Of a DNA stretch of 64,000 bases, positions 36,593 through 50,004 are shown piece by piece. Source of the stretch: Raillietiella orientalis (taxonomy: Eukaryota); the NCBI GenBank assembly GCA_036172245.1, contig JAYWIR010000002.1, positions 5,580,001-5,644,000 on the forward strand. Direction: 5' to 3'. The first letter of the stretch is position 1. The number at the start of each line of letters is the position of its first letter. The notes beneath the pieces are model-generated. The model ran no database searches, was not told the DNA's origin, and saw only the letters and a program-made list of their open reading frames with translations. The position numbers and the translations under genes are program-made.

Positions 36593-39500
36593 TCATTTGT
36601 TCTTAATAAACTGGGCCATCGGATCGTTGTCCCTCTGCTTCCTCATGTAGTAGGCCTCTATGTCTTCCTCCGTGAGAGGCTGCACGTCGTACTTGGAGTT
36701 GTACGGCTGTTTCCTAGGGTCCGTGGCGACAAGCTTCTCTGCTTTCTCCTCTTCCAGATCGTGACGGAGGAGTGCCTGGATGCCGAGCTGGCTGAGTACG
36801 CCCACACGGGTGCCGCGGCCCTACCTGTTGCAGCTTGCGCCGTTTCTCCTGCTCGGCGTCTTCCGCATCATCCGCTTCTTGCTTCTTAGAACGCTTGTGC
36901 TTTTTGGAAATTTCGGAAGGCACCTAAGGAACAGGGCAGAATTGCCAGCGTACTGCGAGGCAGAGGGAGAAAAGGGCAGAACGAACCTCCGACGGCTCTT
37001 CTTTGGATTCCGACCCGGTTTCGACGGCCTTTCCTTTGTCACCAATGCAGTAGGAATTCTAGCAAAACAAAATGCATCTGGATAAAATGCCTGGTGCACG
37101 AACACACACGTGAGCAATGCGATATAAGGACAAAACCTGAAATGCCACAAAGCGAACGAGCAAAGAGTCGACACGGGGAATTTTCCTTGGAAAGCCGCAC
37201 GAGTGCCACGAAACCGCGTACTTTGTGCTCGTTCCAAGCAAATTAAAAAGAAACTCTGAGGGTCCAGCAACCCTCCCAAAATCACGATTTTCTTTAAAGA
37301 AAAAAAAAAAAAAAAAAAAAATTTTGACCACGTTCTCGTCGGCCGTGGTTCACGATGCTGATGGTTAAAACCTCGGATAATTTAAAACATCGTCTTTATT
37401 CACCTGACCGTTGGAAAATCAAACGGCATTTGCTCGAGGAGGAAAAGGAGTTAATCGTGAACATCAAACGCCGATAACACACAGGGGGAAAAAGAAAAAA
37501 AAAAAAAAAAAAACACCTTTCGAACTCGCACTCTGCACTGTTTCTTAAAGTGTGCACCTGGAAATATGCAAAAGGTCAAAACGAGCATTTAATATTTAAG
37601 CGTTTCACGGGCACCCTGTAATGAAGACACTGGGGGAAAATGTCATCAAGGCGTCACTTTGGCAGTGGTGTCTCTCCTCCATGACTGAGCAATCCATCTA
37701 CAAACGTCCCTGAATAAATGAGTCTGCTCGCTTATGCGATCCTGAATTCACAATGCGCCCGCTAATCCGTACGGATGTGCGCTCCCTAGCAATCATCGTC
37801 TTCGTTTTAAGGTCTGAATACTTGCAAGACTTTGAACAGAAATGCAGTGTTGCGCAATGAAAGCTTTTATCCCGCCATGAAATCTTTAGCGCTGGAGGAA
37901 GACCTGCGATTCCAGCACTACCAGACTACACGCAACGGTGTTGTTACTTTTAACTGTGAAAGTAACAGCACCATTACTGCACAGCAGTCACTGGGAACAA
38001 CATCCTTCGGTGTTCACCACCAGAAGCGGGTGTGAAAAGAAATGAAATACAGAAAGCTTCCTTTAACGGGGTTGGAGGACAGTTGGAGGTGCGCAGCACA
38101 CCGAAGTCGCAGGAGAGTGATGCAGCCTGAATTTGAATCCACCCTTTATGAAAATGGCTGCAGAACAGCCTACATAACACCCAACAGACATTGAAAGACA
38201 TGTAGCTCGCCTCCTAAAGAATGCCACGTCAAACAGTTTAAAAGGTGCTGAAACCAAGCCACAGGAGGCACACGAGAACCCTGCCGACTGAAACTAACCA
38301 TCACAGAAGTTTCCCTTATAGTTCACTTGTCTGCATCACTCGTAAATATCGTTATCACTACACGTTGTAGCTTGCCCTCAGTTGGAAAGTCAGATCACGA
38401 AACACAAATATCCCTACGGTTCGGTTCACTTTAAGACTTATGAAGACAAGAGCGATCACATTGGGAGAGGCTTCTGAAGAATCGTAAATGTTTGTTTTCT
38501 TTTAATAAAGGGAAATCATTAAAGCAGAAAAAAAAAGGACCCCCCTCCCCCCCCCACACACACCATACCTTAACGAAAGATCGGCAGCACTTGTAGCCCC
38601 ATCTCCCGTCTTTCCAAAAGGATCCCCAGACAGAGGTGTGATTATTTATGTACACATCTTCTTCGTATCTGGACTGAACCTTTGGCCTCACTTCACCCTG
38701 GAATAACGAAGCAATTTATTGTGTGCAAGAAACAAACAGAAACAGGAAAAAAAAAAAAAAAAAGAATGAAGACACGCCATCAACACGTTATGAATGTTTA
38801 AGCATGGACGTAATTAAGCCAGTGGATGATGCCCGCAGCACATCGTATATGCATGGACAGATAAAAAATAAAACAGGCAGTAGAGTGGGTACTGGGGCTG
38901 TCGATGCATCCGATGCATTCCAATAAACGTGGCTCCAAAATAACGAGTATTAAACAGGCGGTGCCACAAGATTAACCAGGTTAGAAGGTGTGCACCAATT
39001 CCGGAGATTTACGGTTCAGTGCAAAAGTTGTATCGGGTGAACACAACCCCACCGGAACACGAGATGATGGTGTTGGTACCGAGCCAAACATCAATCTGAA
39101 ACGTACTCGAGCAACGAGAGGAAAACGTAAGAAATCAGGTGCCCTTACTAAGCAGGAAAATGAAGGACGAAACGGAAACCAGGATGCGGGCGTTGAAATT
39201 TATAGTTTTCATTTTGCGATATACAAAAAAATACACACGTAAAAAGCGCGTTTGGATGAGCAAAGACCGTACCACGACTCGCTGGCTGCAAAACGAACTC
39301 TTGAGGGCAAAGGCTGATGCAGAAATCCGACCGCGGATCACAGCACCGGCAGAGGTGTATTTTGAGGGAGGGAATTCGCCACATGCTCACTGGGTTCAGC
39401 TGAGATCGACAGGAGGCACAACAACAAAACAGAAAGGTAAACAAAAGATCGGACACCAAGTACCTTACGAGGCGGATACGTGAGAAGGAACCAAAAAAAT

Positions 39501-40762
39501 TACCTTGATGATCTGTCCTTGGCGTGAGTACTCCACATAAAACTCGGTTTGTGCGGGACGATTATGCGGTGGCAGGGCACACAGGTATTCCTTGCCTCCA
39601 TAACACTCCAGCACTTGGTTCCTCACGCTGCCTTTAAACTCATCCTTTACTTTATCGTATTCTCTTTGAAGAAGCTCCAATTTCGTTGGTTCGGCCAAGA
39701 GATGGACGTCTACACCACGTTCGTAAGCTTCCCAGGCAAACAACTGGGAGCTGGAATGTTTGCGAGTATCTCCAGTGAACCGGACAAAGTTTTCCCCTGC
39801 GTAGTCGACTTCTTTGCCTTCTTTAGAAGTGTTTAGGTACGGATTGTCACGCATGGATCTCGTCTTGGGATCATAGTATGCAGACTCGGGATCCAAGTTA
39901 CGTAGATATTTGGCAATGTCTTCACGGATTCGAAGATTTCGAACCGTAATTCTTTGTTTGCTATCCACTTTGGTTCCAGGCATGTCAACTTCATCCACGT
40001 ATTTATCTTCGTCAACGTTCTCTTCCTCGTTCTCTTCCTCTTTCTTTTGCTGCCCGATATCATCGTCGTCCAAGGCTTCCGTATACATGTCTCCATCTTG
40101 TTCTGTTCCACCTTCACTCAACCTTTCCGCTTTTAGCTTCCGTTTGGCTTCCTCTACTTTGTGAAATTCGCGCACAATGGCGCTGTGTTCAGATGGGTCG
40201 TACCCATTCCATCTATCGCGTTTGCCATCATAATCATGGGGAAGTACCGGCTGAACGAATTCATCTGGCGCAATGTCCGCATTCGTATACTTAGCGCCCA
40301 CTTTTCGTGGACGCTCGAAGCAGTCCTTTCGGGAGTGGGTGAGTGCACCACAATTTTCACAGGCGCCTTTGCGATATTTTCGAGACACAGGTCCCTAACT
40401 GAACAGTTACCACACCATATGTGTGGAATGGGGTGAGATACCTGTGTTACTCCTCGGTGATACCATTCTTCGATCTTCGCAAAAACCTTTTCCTTTTCTG
40501 GCTGAGGGCGCTGATGCTTTAGGGTCGGTACTTTGGAACCAAAATACCATGGAGCGGTAGCAATATACTGAGGTATATGAGGATTTATGTCTTTTCCTTC
40601 CTCATCAACTGCAGCTGGTGCAGTTCCAGCCTTTCTGGCCTCCTCCAACTCTTTGGCTTTGCGCCAGTCTTCACGAGACTTTTTACGCGGTTCACCATCA
40701 CCTATCTCTTTATTACAAATTATCTCTGATACCGGAAGAACTGCAGCCATTGCTGTTTTCAT
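36593..40762 (-). CDS. SLU7: Pre-mRNA splicing factor SLU7, 6 exons, ~564 aa
   Basis: Exons 40762-40442, 40394-39504, 38697-38569, 37058-36987, 36923-36825, 36775-36593 (1695 nt, GT-AG introns). Hallmark motifs [27 protein letters not shown], zinc knuckle [53 protein letters not shown]. Alternative ATG at 40750. Confidence 0.96.
36605..36610 (+). terminator. Candidate AATAAA polyadenylation signal for the NACHT-WD40 gene, inside the last SLU7 codons
   Basis: First AATAAA, 34 nt after the TGA at 36570. Confidence 0.5.
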
Positions 40763-40766
40763 CGAT

Positions 40767-40773
40767 CTGAAAA
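40767..40773 (-). promoter_or_regulatory. TTTTCAG splice acceptor 4 nt before the SLU7 ATG (candidate trans-splice site)
   Basis: Minus strand reads ...ATG TAA TAAATTAATGCATATAC TTTTCAG ATCG ATG AAA; no splice donor lies between it and the SERAC1 stop. Confidence 0.6.
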
Positions 40774-40786
40774 GTATATGCATTAA

Positions 40787-40792
40787 TTTATT
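40787..40792 (-). terminator. AATAAA polyadenylation signal of SERAC1, overlapping its stop codon
   Basis: TAATAAA on the minus strand; the TAA stop is at 40793-40791. Confidence 0.55.
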
Positions 40793-42903
40793 ACATGGGA
40801 CGCACGATTCCAGATTTGTGTCCACATTCCCTTTCCTCCCCCCTTAACTGCATCATTTTCTTCTATGATGGCATAAATTATCTGGAGCAGCTTGCTGTAT
40901 ACAGGTGAGGATCTTGAAATGCACATTGATTAAAAGAGCGCCACAGATTCCATTCTAATTACTTGTTCTCGGGTTTACATATATCCACATGATTCAAGGG
41001 AAGCTCCAAAAACTCCCCTATCCCTGCATTGGCTTGTGGAGGAGGGACAAGGCATGCCTTTATGTTAAGAGGGCGAGATAAAGTTACTTCAAGGGTTTCA
41101 GCAAAACTGATCACTTTAATAGTGTACTTGGCTGCAAGTGAAAGAAATGATTTGTGCTGATCCACCAGCATGGCTGCATCTGAAATTTTTTTTCCATCAA
41201 AAGCAAAACCAAAATGTTGCAAATAAGTCCCTTTAGAAAAGGATAGCTAATTGCTTTTTATGCAAATCTACAAGATGACATGTTTCATTTTAAGCTGTTA
41301 ATCGCGTCCGACTCATTATACACACCTCTATGTAGAGCCAAAACGTCATCAGAAGGCTGAAGTACAGTGGCCATTGTACGGGATAATGCTTTGCTCGATC
41401 CTTGGTGCGGAACACTACAAAAAATAATTCCTTGGGTATTCTGAATTATCTGGCCACGTCTCACATCGCATGATTTTTCGGCTGAAAACTTCCATGATTT
41501 CCGCAAACACTTCTACATTACGAACCTTCTAAAAGAAGCTCTTTCACAAGAAGGCCACCCATAGAATGAGTAACCCAAATAATGGGTCTCTGCCCCACAC
41601 CTGCAATTTCCAAGCTCTTGAGAATTGATTCACTTCTACTCTTTAAATTGCTGGTTACATCTGAAGATGAAGGCTCTGAATGCCAGCGACTTATTCTGGA
41701 TTGATAGTCGATAGCAAAAATTCGTAATTTAGGGCAATCTTTAGCCAACCAATCACGTGGCCACAAGGGTGTCCACATATCATCATTGTGCTTTGAACAA
41801 TCTCTTTGCCTCCATGTATAAAAAGCTCCGCCATGTAAACCATGGACAAAAATGACATCTACCAGTGAGTTCATGGAACCATTTAACCAAATTGGATGTA
41901 GCTGATATAGACCATGAGAGAGAACATAAGAGCAGTTCTTCTTATCCAGATTGAACAAACATCGCTGAGCTGGTAGTGCCACAGAAACATCTTGGTTTCT
42001 ACTCCACTTAGCCAAAATACCAATCCAACCTCGAAGGAAATTAAAGAAAAATGGTACTCAAAAGAAACGAAGTCTTACCTGCTTCGAATATTTTCTGATG
42101 AAACTGACTATGGATACAAACGTTCCCAATGATCTGTGCTATCAGACTTTGCACACTGGGGAAATCTGGATAGCTATGAAGCAATCTAACTAGGATGCCT
42201 AGGGTTCCCAAATGAACCAGTTCTGCTGAAAAATGTCGGACTGCCTGTTAGAGGTTCAACAAACTTGCACATCTATCCTCATCAACAGAATGATTCAAGA
42301 GTATTTTTAAAAACTGCACTGCGAACTTCTCTTCTTTAGGAACAGCTTTACGCATCTTAGTTTCATCCCAGACTGAATCCAAAGAAAAAAGATCCTAAAA
42401 TCATTTGTTAGAATTCACATTATAAGCAGCAATTGATTTTTACCATACATCATCTTGGGAGTCTCCTAAGTCATCATTCAGGGAAGCACGAATGACATTC
42501 TGAGTAAAAAGAAGCAAATTACTGATCGAATCAGATACTGAAATATTCTGGAGAAGATCTCGTATCTCACCCATCTTCAGTGGACCTCTTTATATCCTTC
42601 GTTCATAAATCATGTAAACTTAAAAAACAACTTACTGATGAAGCAATGTTATTGGGGGTGGCAAAAATAAACGCAAATCTGAATCTGGATATCTAGCTAA
42701 TTGAATTGCAGTATGTATATTAAGGGTTTGTGCTATTCCTAGTAACTGCCAATCTGCTAATTTCAGTTCTACCAAACGACGTATGCTAGCTTTGCTCAAA
42801 AATGTATCCGATGTCTGTGCAAGTTTCGCAAGATGAAGGATTTTATTGATCTCTGCATCTCGAAATGACCAACACGGATGAGAGCTTTGAGAATATGATT
42901 CAC
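40791..42903 (-). CDS. SERAC1: SERAC1-like serine active-site alpha/beta hydrolase (5' end unresolved; a possible first exon lies near 45224-45264)
   Basis: DWQLLGIAQ...[16 protein letters not shown] (exon starting at 42903); [48 protein letters not shown] (nucleophile elbow); [21 protein letters not shown]; last exon 40912-40791 ends in TAA. Confidence 0.9.
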
Positions 42904-45900
42904 CTACAACAGTAAATAAAATAAAATGATACTAAAGCATGTATGCAGAACTCATTTCCAAAACATTTAGCTTATAATCATAAAAGCTTACAGCAATAAA
43001 AGGCTAACAAAACAACAGAAAAAGCAGAATTTAAAAATAGGGATGAGTTAGTTAAAATTTAAGAGTTCACAGAAGATACTTAATAAGACAGTCAGGACGA
43101 ACTTTTGGAGTTTCACATGGATTCCACTAAACATTAATGCGGTTTTGATAGCTAAACACCAATTTCAAAAGAGACATCTGAATACCAGTCTTAAAAGCCT
43201 TAATTGTTTTATATCTGCACTAATCATTTGCAATGAAAACTTTTTATAATCTGCATGAAATTAACAGTAGACCACCACAAGTTGGAGCATATTTTAATGT
43301 TGATGACTGTTATATGGAAAGTTGGTTAACATGTCAAATATTCCATTATCGTGAGAATGACATAAAAAAGATAAATGATGACAGTATGCCATCACCTATC
43401 TGACAAAGGACCTATTCATCCAATAATACTGAACCAATAATATTTCACTGAAAACAAACAAGCAAGTAAAAAAAAAACCCTAACATACGCAGCATGATGA
43501 ACTAGAGTATGTTATTGACAGATGCATATACTGTTTCACTGTTAAAGTAACTGTATGCAATGAAACAAGAAAGCAACTACAGGAGTACCTGTATTAAACA
43601 AGTCAATAATAATTTGATTTACAATAATAATCACACTGCTTTACAAAGATATATCTTGGCTTCTTACAAATGTCCCTATGAAATCTTTGTAAGGATCTGG
43701 AATGCCTTTTTGCATTTTATGTAACAGTGGCACAGTTCATTTGTTTATGTAGTAACACATGAAAACTAAGTCCCTGTTATGCAAACATCACCATGGTTCA
43801 ACAAATTCATCACTATGGTTTTTGAAAGGGAGTATCTCCATTAAAGAATGCAATTTATAAGTATATAATCGAATGCAATTTATTTGGATGAAATTGATTT
43901 GTGTGCACCCTTCACAATATTGCATCATACTCACACAGAACTGAAAAATACTCATTGAAAAATACCAATTAAAAATGTCATCCACTGGTGTGTCACAAAG
44001 CAATCATTTATAATGGTTTCAATGTTATATCTACAATTTTTGATGCTGCAAATTTTATTCATACATAAATACGGAACTTCATATCTACCATGTTAAAACC
44101 TGTTAGAAGTTCGGAAAGCAGTTGTATTACTAATTACACTTTAAATGCACACATAAAATTTTGATATTTTCTAACTGTAAACCCAAGGAAACCAGCCTTC
44201 AAACCTAATGTCACCAGTGATTAAATATCAAACAAACAAACATAACTTTAAGATATGAATAAAGACCTTCTTATCATGACAGAGAGTTAAGCTTTCACAA
44301 AAGAGAGAATGAGATTGGAGTGAAACTGAATCTTAAGAGAGGCAAAAATGAAAAGTGTTTTCTGAAATAATCATTAATATTTGAATTTAAAATTGAAGGA
44401 TACCACTGAACTACCTGGATTATTGCTAACACAGATGTAACTTGAAGATTTGCTACTATCTTGTCGGGGATCATCATGAAAATCTGTGCCATATACACGA
44501 AATATATAATTTGCTAAGTATCTAAAAGAAAACAAAAATTCCATATTGAAACAACTTTTAAATATTTAGAATCTTGTCCTTGCATCTAAAATGTATGGAT
44601 TTTCAAAGGACTGTGGCAATGCATCATAATAAATATGAATTATAATCATTTAAACATGAATGGCAAGATTAGACTACAAAAATGAAACAAAATTGTGCAT
44701 CTAACTTATTGGCTGAGAAAAATGCTGATACTTCTGATAAGTTTGCAAATTTGTAAAGTAGAACGAAGTCATGAACATCACCGTCAGAACAAAGTCATAT
44801 TTTTCATCTTTCATATTTGGTATATGAAATTTCTCAAGGGAGGGGCTGATTTCGATTTTACTCGGCTTTCATCAGATCACAGTTCGGTTAGTGACTACAT
44901 AAAGTTATGAAACATAAATTTGAAATTTGCTAATAATGTCCTCAACAAACACCAACTGTCATCTTGGCGGAACAATGGGTTCCCCTGGAAGTTTCAAAAA
45001 GCATCCCTCGTGATTAATAAGTTTGCGTAATTACTCAAAAGTCTCACGTACTTCCATACAAAGTAACATTCTGACAAAAATTTATTGTTGCAAACCACAT
45101 TGTTATTGACATTTTCAGAATGATCATTCTGAAAATGTCAATATCTTTGAGACTAACATAATGTTGTACGCATTATCACAGTTTTGAAATCATTTTTTAC
45201 TAAATATGATTTTAGAAACTTACCCAGATCCCAAAACTCCTATAATATAAGTCAGTCTTTTCATTGACCGAGAATTGAATAGAACTATTATTCGGTTGCT
45301 TAAAGTAATATTATGAAACAGTTTGTGACACATGTTGCACATTTTGGGTGAACCTGCTTGGTCATTTCGAGAAATAAAAAATTTCTTATACACTACTTCG
45401 CCTGTGCAAATATCCAGTGCGACTCATTATTAATGCATTAATAACAAGTCCAACTCCTAAACTCAATGGCACAAGATCTCAAGAATTTAATTTTCCTGTT
45501 ACGTGTAACTTCATTTTCTAACGTCGAAATTTCCATTAACGTCTTCATAAGCTTTTCATAAGTCATCAACAGCTAGGATTAGTGCTAAAAGTTATTTCTC
45601 CGATGTTGCACGTTCTCCATCCATTAGCGCGCGGTTCACCTTTTAACTTTAATCTTTTTCATACAGTATTTTCTTTCCTACAATCTATTCTGCAGTGTGA
45701 ATCACGAACTTCGAGACGAACGCTGATACACATTTTTGCAGTTCTGAACTTTGTATTCGCCATGTACAATCGACAAAAACTAATGCGCATTTTAATGAAG
45801 AAGGGATGCCAAGACTGTGAAACAAAAGTGAGGCTCTCGATAATACAATGAGAAAAATGCAAAAAATGCAAACACGAAAATATGTATCTGAAGTTAAACC

Positions 45901-48479
45901 AAAACAGCTATTCCGAACAGAATTGTTTGAATCAAAAAATCAATTTCTCTTCCAGATACTTATACGATCAAAAATTATACTGCAGATTTGCCATCTTTTT
46001 TAAGACATGCATATTGATTTCTAATAAAAACTTATTCGATACAATTTATTTGGTGTTTCATTACTAAGCTGAAAAAGGAATCCAGTCAGTTAAAAGATCA
46101 AATATGCACATAAGAACAAGTATTTGATAGGAGCTTGCCTTCAAATAAATAAGAAACTGAAAATAAAGCAAGTTTTGCCATTTTGCTTATTTGTGAGATC
46201 TGTAATAGGAAAAATGACTTAAAGGAAGTCCCACGAAAGAGAAAAGAAGGAACGAGATTAGATTCTAAAAGGTCATAGCTCTAATTTCATTTACAAATAA
46301 AATAGTTGAAAAATCTATGCTAAACACACTCTTTGAAGTAAAATCCCTCTGTTATCAAACGCAGCTACTTGGAACAGTTCCTAATAGTGAGTTCATATCA
46401 GAAAAAAGTGATGTGTTACAAGATTCCCATTTGAAGGATAGTACAGCAAGTGACAATCCTTAGGGATCTTTAGTAGTGAAATGAACGAGAAATCAAATTA
46501 AGAACTCCTATTACAGTAAAAACAAAGAACCAAAGAGAATGGGATAGTGAACTGATTATAGGATAATGGGATTTCATTTAACATATAATGGGATTTTATT
46601 TCACCTGGAAGTTTGAATTCAGACAAAATAATTCGTACCAAGTAAAACTGAGGGCGACGAGAAGGAAATATCTACAAACTTGCACATTAAATTGTCTCCA
46701 AACTTTAAACAGCCTCCAAACCAATAACCACTGACAAACCGAACAGTTGGAGTTGGTATGAGAATTATTTTCATATTTTGCGGATGCTAAAGTAAGCATA
46801 GACATTCAAACTACTTTTTATGTTTGTCGGCTACGAAATTAAAGAATGAATGTGAGAAAATATCAGAAATTCTAGGTAAGCTGATAATGTAGTTTAAAAA
46901 AGATGGAAATGCTAGATTCTAAATTGTGCAAAACTAAACTGTAGTTAAATGTCGGAAAAGCAGAGTATAAAAACTGTAGTCTCTTAAACCAAGGCTTTGG
47001 GCCGGAATATTGCAATTGTAGATAGCGAATACCCACATTACATTTTTAATTTGAGAACAAAAGATACTGTTTACATGAAAAAAAAATGTGATTAACAGCT
47101 TCTGAAACAAGTACGGAACAACATTTTCCCCCTAAAATCTCATATTTCATTAGAAAAGATTTGATCATATGACGGCCGATATGCTTCATGAACCAAATAG
47201 CTGGGAAAGTACTCCAAAGATATTTGCAAACATTCCTAAGATAAATGTAGGAATGAACCCGAAATGCTAAACTGGAGAGTATTATAGGAACTTATTCCCT
47301 ATAACAGTTTTTCAAAGGGAATTCATCATGATTTGCTAATAATACATGAAAAGTCAAGAAGCATAGCTTTTAAGGCCACTTGTTCCTTGTATTAAATTTG
47401 TGTTTTGGTACAGTTCTGTTGCTGCCAACTCCTTTATCCCCCAAATCCCAGATAACCTGATTCAATTCGAAAATAATTACATCTTTTTAATTTTCCTTTT
47501 TCCTTTTACTTTGCGGTTACGTGTCATGAATTCCTTTATTTGAACCACTTTCGAGGATTCAAGAAAGTGAATTTAGAAACGCAATATTTCTAATGGACAT
47601 ATGATTTTCTCGATATGATTGTTCAAATTCTCTGTTGAGAACTGAAATCTGAAAACTGTGCGTTGAGAAGACTTCTGAGAGATGACTTTCGCTAACTGAC
47701 TCTGATCATGTTTGCAAGGGATGAAAGATGCCAAGAAAAAAAGAGTTGCATGTTTCCTGTAACTGAAGTGCTGTTAACCATTTTGCTAGACTTCCGAGAC
47801 AATAATTTCGAAAAGACCAATTTTGAAGTACTCGTCTCTTCATACTGGGGTATGCTCAAGAGCTAAGTTTTGCAGGGGATAGGTGAAGAGCGTGCACGTA
47901 ACCCTAGAAACGTAACCCTTTCACGTAACTCCTCGAAAAGTTTATGAGAACTTTCCTTCCAAATGGGTCCCGTTGTGTATATAGTGACTTCTTGTTTACA
48001 CTACTCGTTTCAGGAAGCAGATGCGAAATGCCTACCAATAGACACATACCCAAAAGGAAATGGATCCGCTGTCGCCAGAGCAAGCGGTTCGCTTTCCTGC
48101 TTTGTTGGCAAGAAAGAAGATGACGCTGCTTGATTAGCATCGAAGGGAGAGCCTCATTAAAGGAGAAGCGTAAGCTGAAAATCTAATCATCTGGCACTTG
48201 AAAAGATCAGAAAGAGTCCCTACAGTAGATCCATAAGGACCCACGGAAGACCTCAATTTGCTCTATGCTCAAGCATCAATACGTCTCCAGGTTAACTGAC
48301 ATAGACTCCACAATAACAAGTTTATTTATTTTTACATCTTTACATTATGCTGACAGAGAGTGTCGGAAGGGCTCTCTCCGCCACTTCCACTGTTTCCTCA
48401 TCCTCTGTACCGACTCACGCAACCGTCCATATAAGCTTCTTATCACGGCCGATGTCCGAGGAGATGGTTTCAAGGATGT

Positions 48480-49100
48480 CAACTGAACGGGAACATGCAA
48501 GCTCCTTTCTGATGTTCTTCCTACGTGATCTTGAATTTTCTTAACACAACATCGCTTCTCGGTCAAGAATCCTAAGACGAATGTTCCGGTTGACGCAGGG
48601 ACTCCCCTCAACCACAAATGGAGCAACGGTTGCCTTTCTTTTCTTTGCCCTGGCTGTCTGCAAAGGCACTGAAGAGCTTTCAGAAGCACAGCCGGCATCC
48701 AGAATGGCAGCCTGTTCCTTCCCTCGTAGCACTGAGTTAGACGTGAGCAGGTAATCGACGTCCGGAATAGGCTGACCGCGGGCCATCAGCTCTCGGTTCT
48801 ACTAAAAAGCCTTTGGAAACGTGCTGCTACCTTCAGGTCTTGCCTGATAGTGGTTCAGAGTAGGCTACGGATGCAGTGATTCAGGATGAGCGCACGCGCT
48901 TCTTTCCACGCGCTGCATCATCCATGCTCTTGTCTGCACCATTCACCCATCTTCCGCGTAGCATGCACCAGCGGGAGGTGCTTGAAGAGCGCTGCATAAG
49001 TGGACCGGCAGTCGCCGGCCCCACTGTGCTATCTGCTGAAGAGGAAGGGTTTCTGCGAAGCCCGCAGACCATAGGCAATCTTCCCATCGATTTCAAACCT
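48480..49100 (-). mobile_element. Degenerate 3' end of an RLE-type non-LTR retrotransposon (R2/NeSL/Utopia-like), copy 1
   Basis: Frameshifted motifs in the expected order: DCLWSAGFAETLP (CCHC-finger remnant), PD...AILDAGCASESSSVPLQTARAKK, TFVLG. Confidence 0.6.
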
Positions 49101-49144
49101 GGACCACGAGCTAAACAGCTTGCTTTCTTCTCGGGATCTCTCTA

Positions 49145-49720
49145 TCAGATCACTTTTTGAGAAGACTGTGGATGAATGATATTGATGACCCAGCTTTCGT
49201 ATGGTGAGAGACGATTGTCTGGATTCTCCGGCTGGCTGTCGGTTTTCCTTGTGACGTGAGCTGCATATATATCACTTGAATATCGGGTACACACAGCCAC
49301 CATCCGGTGCCTCAGTTCCAACGGCTTCTTTGGTATTCCTAGATCTTGTAATACTTCTACATTACCAGGACCCCAATATCCCAGAGAGTCAATGATAAGC
49401 CGTAGTGCTACGTCCTTGTATTTTGTATTTTCCTTCCTTGTTCTTCCTGGCTGTGCTGGATGCCTCTTTAGTATGGGCAGCAGACGTCTAGCACACATAT
49501 CTGGTATCTGGTTTCCTTTCTGAATGATCAGATCCGGTTTTAGGGTGGAATTTGTTCTTGGGACTCTCTGTTTTCTTGACACAAGACTCCACTTTGCTTC
49601 ATCCACTGCGACCTTTCTGATTATTTCCTGAATCGCGTCGTAAAGTGCCATGGACAGAGGAACGTGTTTCTTAGGTCTATGAATGGATGGCCTAGAATGA
49701 TGCTTTCTTTCTTCTCAGTC
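49145..49720 (-). mobile_element. Degenerate 3' end of an RLE-type non-LTR retrotransposon (R2/NeSL/Utopia-like), copy 2
   Basis: ORF 49145-49651: YDAIQ, LKPDLII, KENTKY, IIDSLGYWGPGNVEVLQDLGI, SSDIYAAH match restriction-like endonuclease C-terminal motifs. Confidence 0.8.
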
Positions 49721-50004
49721 TCTTCTCAAGGTCTTCTTCCTTCCCTTAGATCCAATCTAATGGATGTAAGATCTCCCTTGTAAAATCACCATCGCCTCTT
49801 TGTCTCCTCTACTTATTCGACTGAAGACTCAGGCATAGTTCTTAGCCATTGTTATGAAGATCCATAGGAGAGCAGTGACCCTCCACTTTAGGTTCCGCCT
49901 TCATACTTGCTGAGAGCGCTTCTGTTCACTGATCTTATTCTTTTGAAGTGATTCTGAGGAAGAGGTTACTTTAAATGCATCCAGAAGTGACCTCACTCTC
50001 TAGT

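Noticed and set aside
37560..37650. TGATGA box C-like motif on the minus strand in a SLU7 intron
   Set aside because: No box D (CTGA) or terminal stem at a suitable distance.
43000..47800. Short ORFs in the AT-rich region
   Set aside because: No recognisable motifs; likely SERAC1 5' introns, promoter and intergenic DNA.
48551..48577. ATCGCTTCTCGG...CTAAGA resembles the 5' end of U2 snRNA, the Utopia target
   Set aside because: Only a 12-nt match, with no branch-pairing region or Sm site; it is the antisense of the element's own endonuclease codons.
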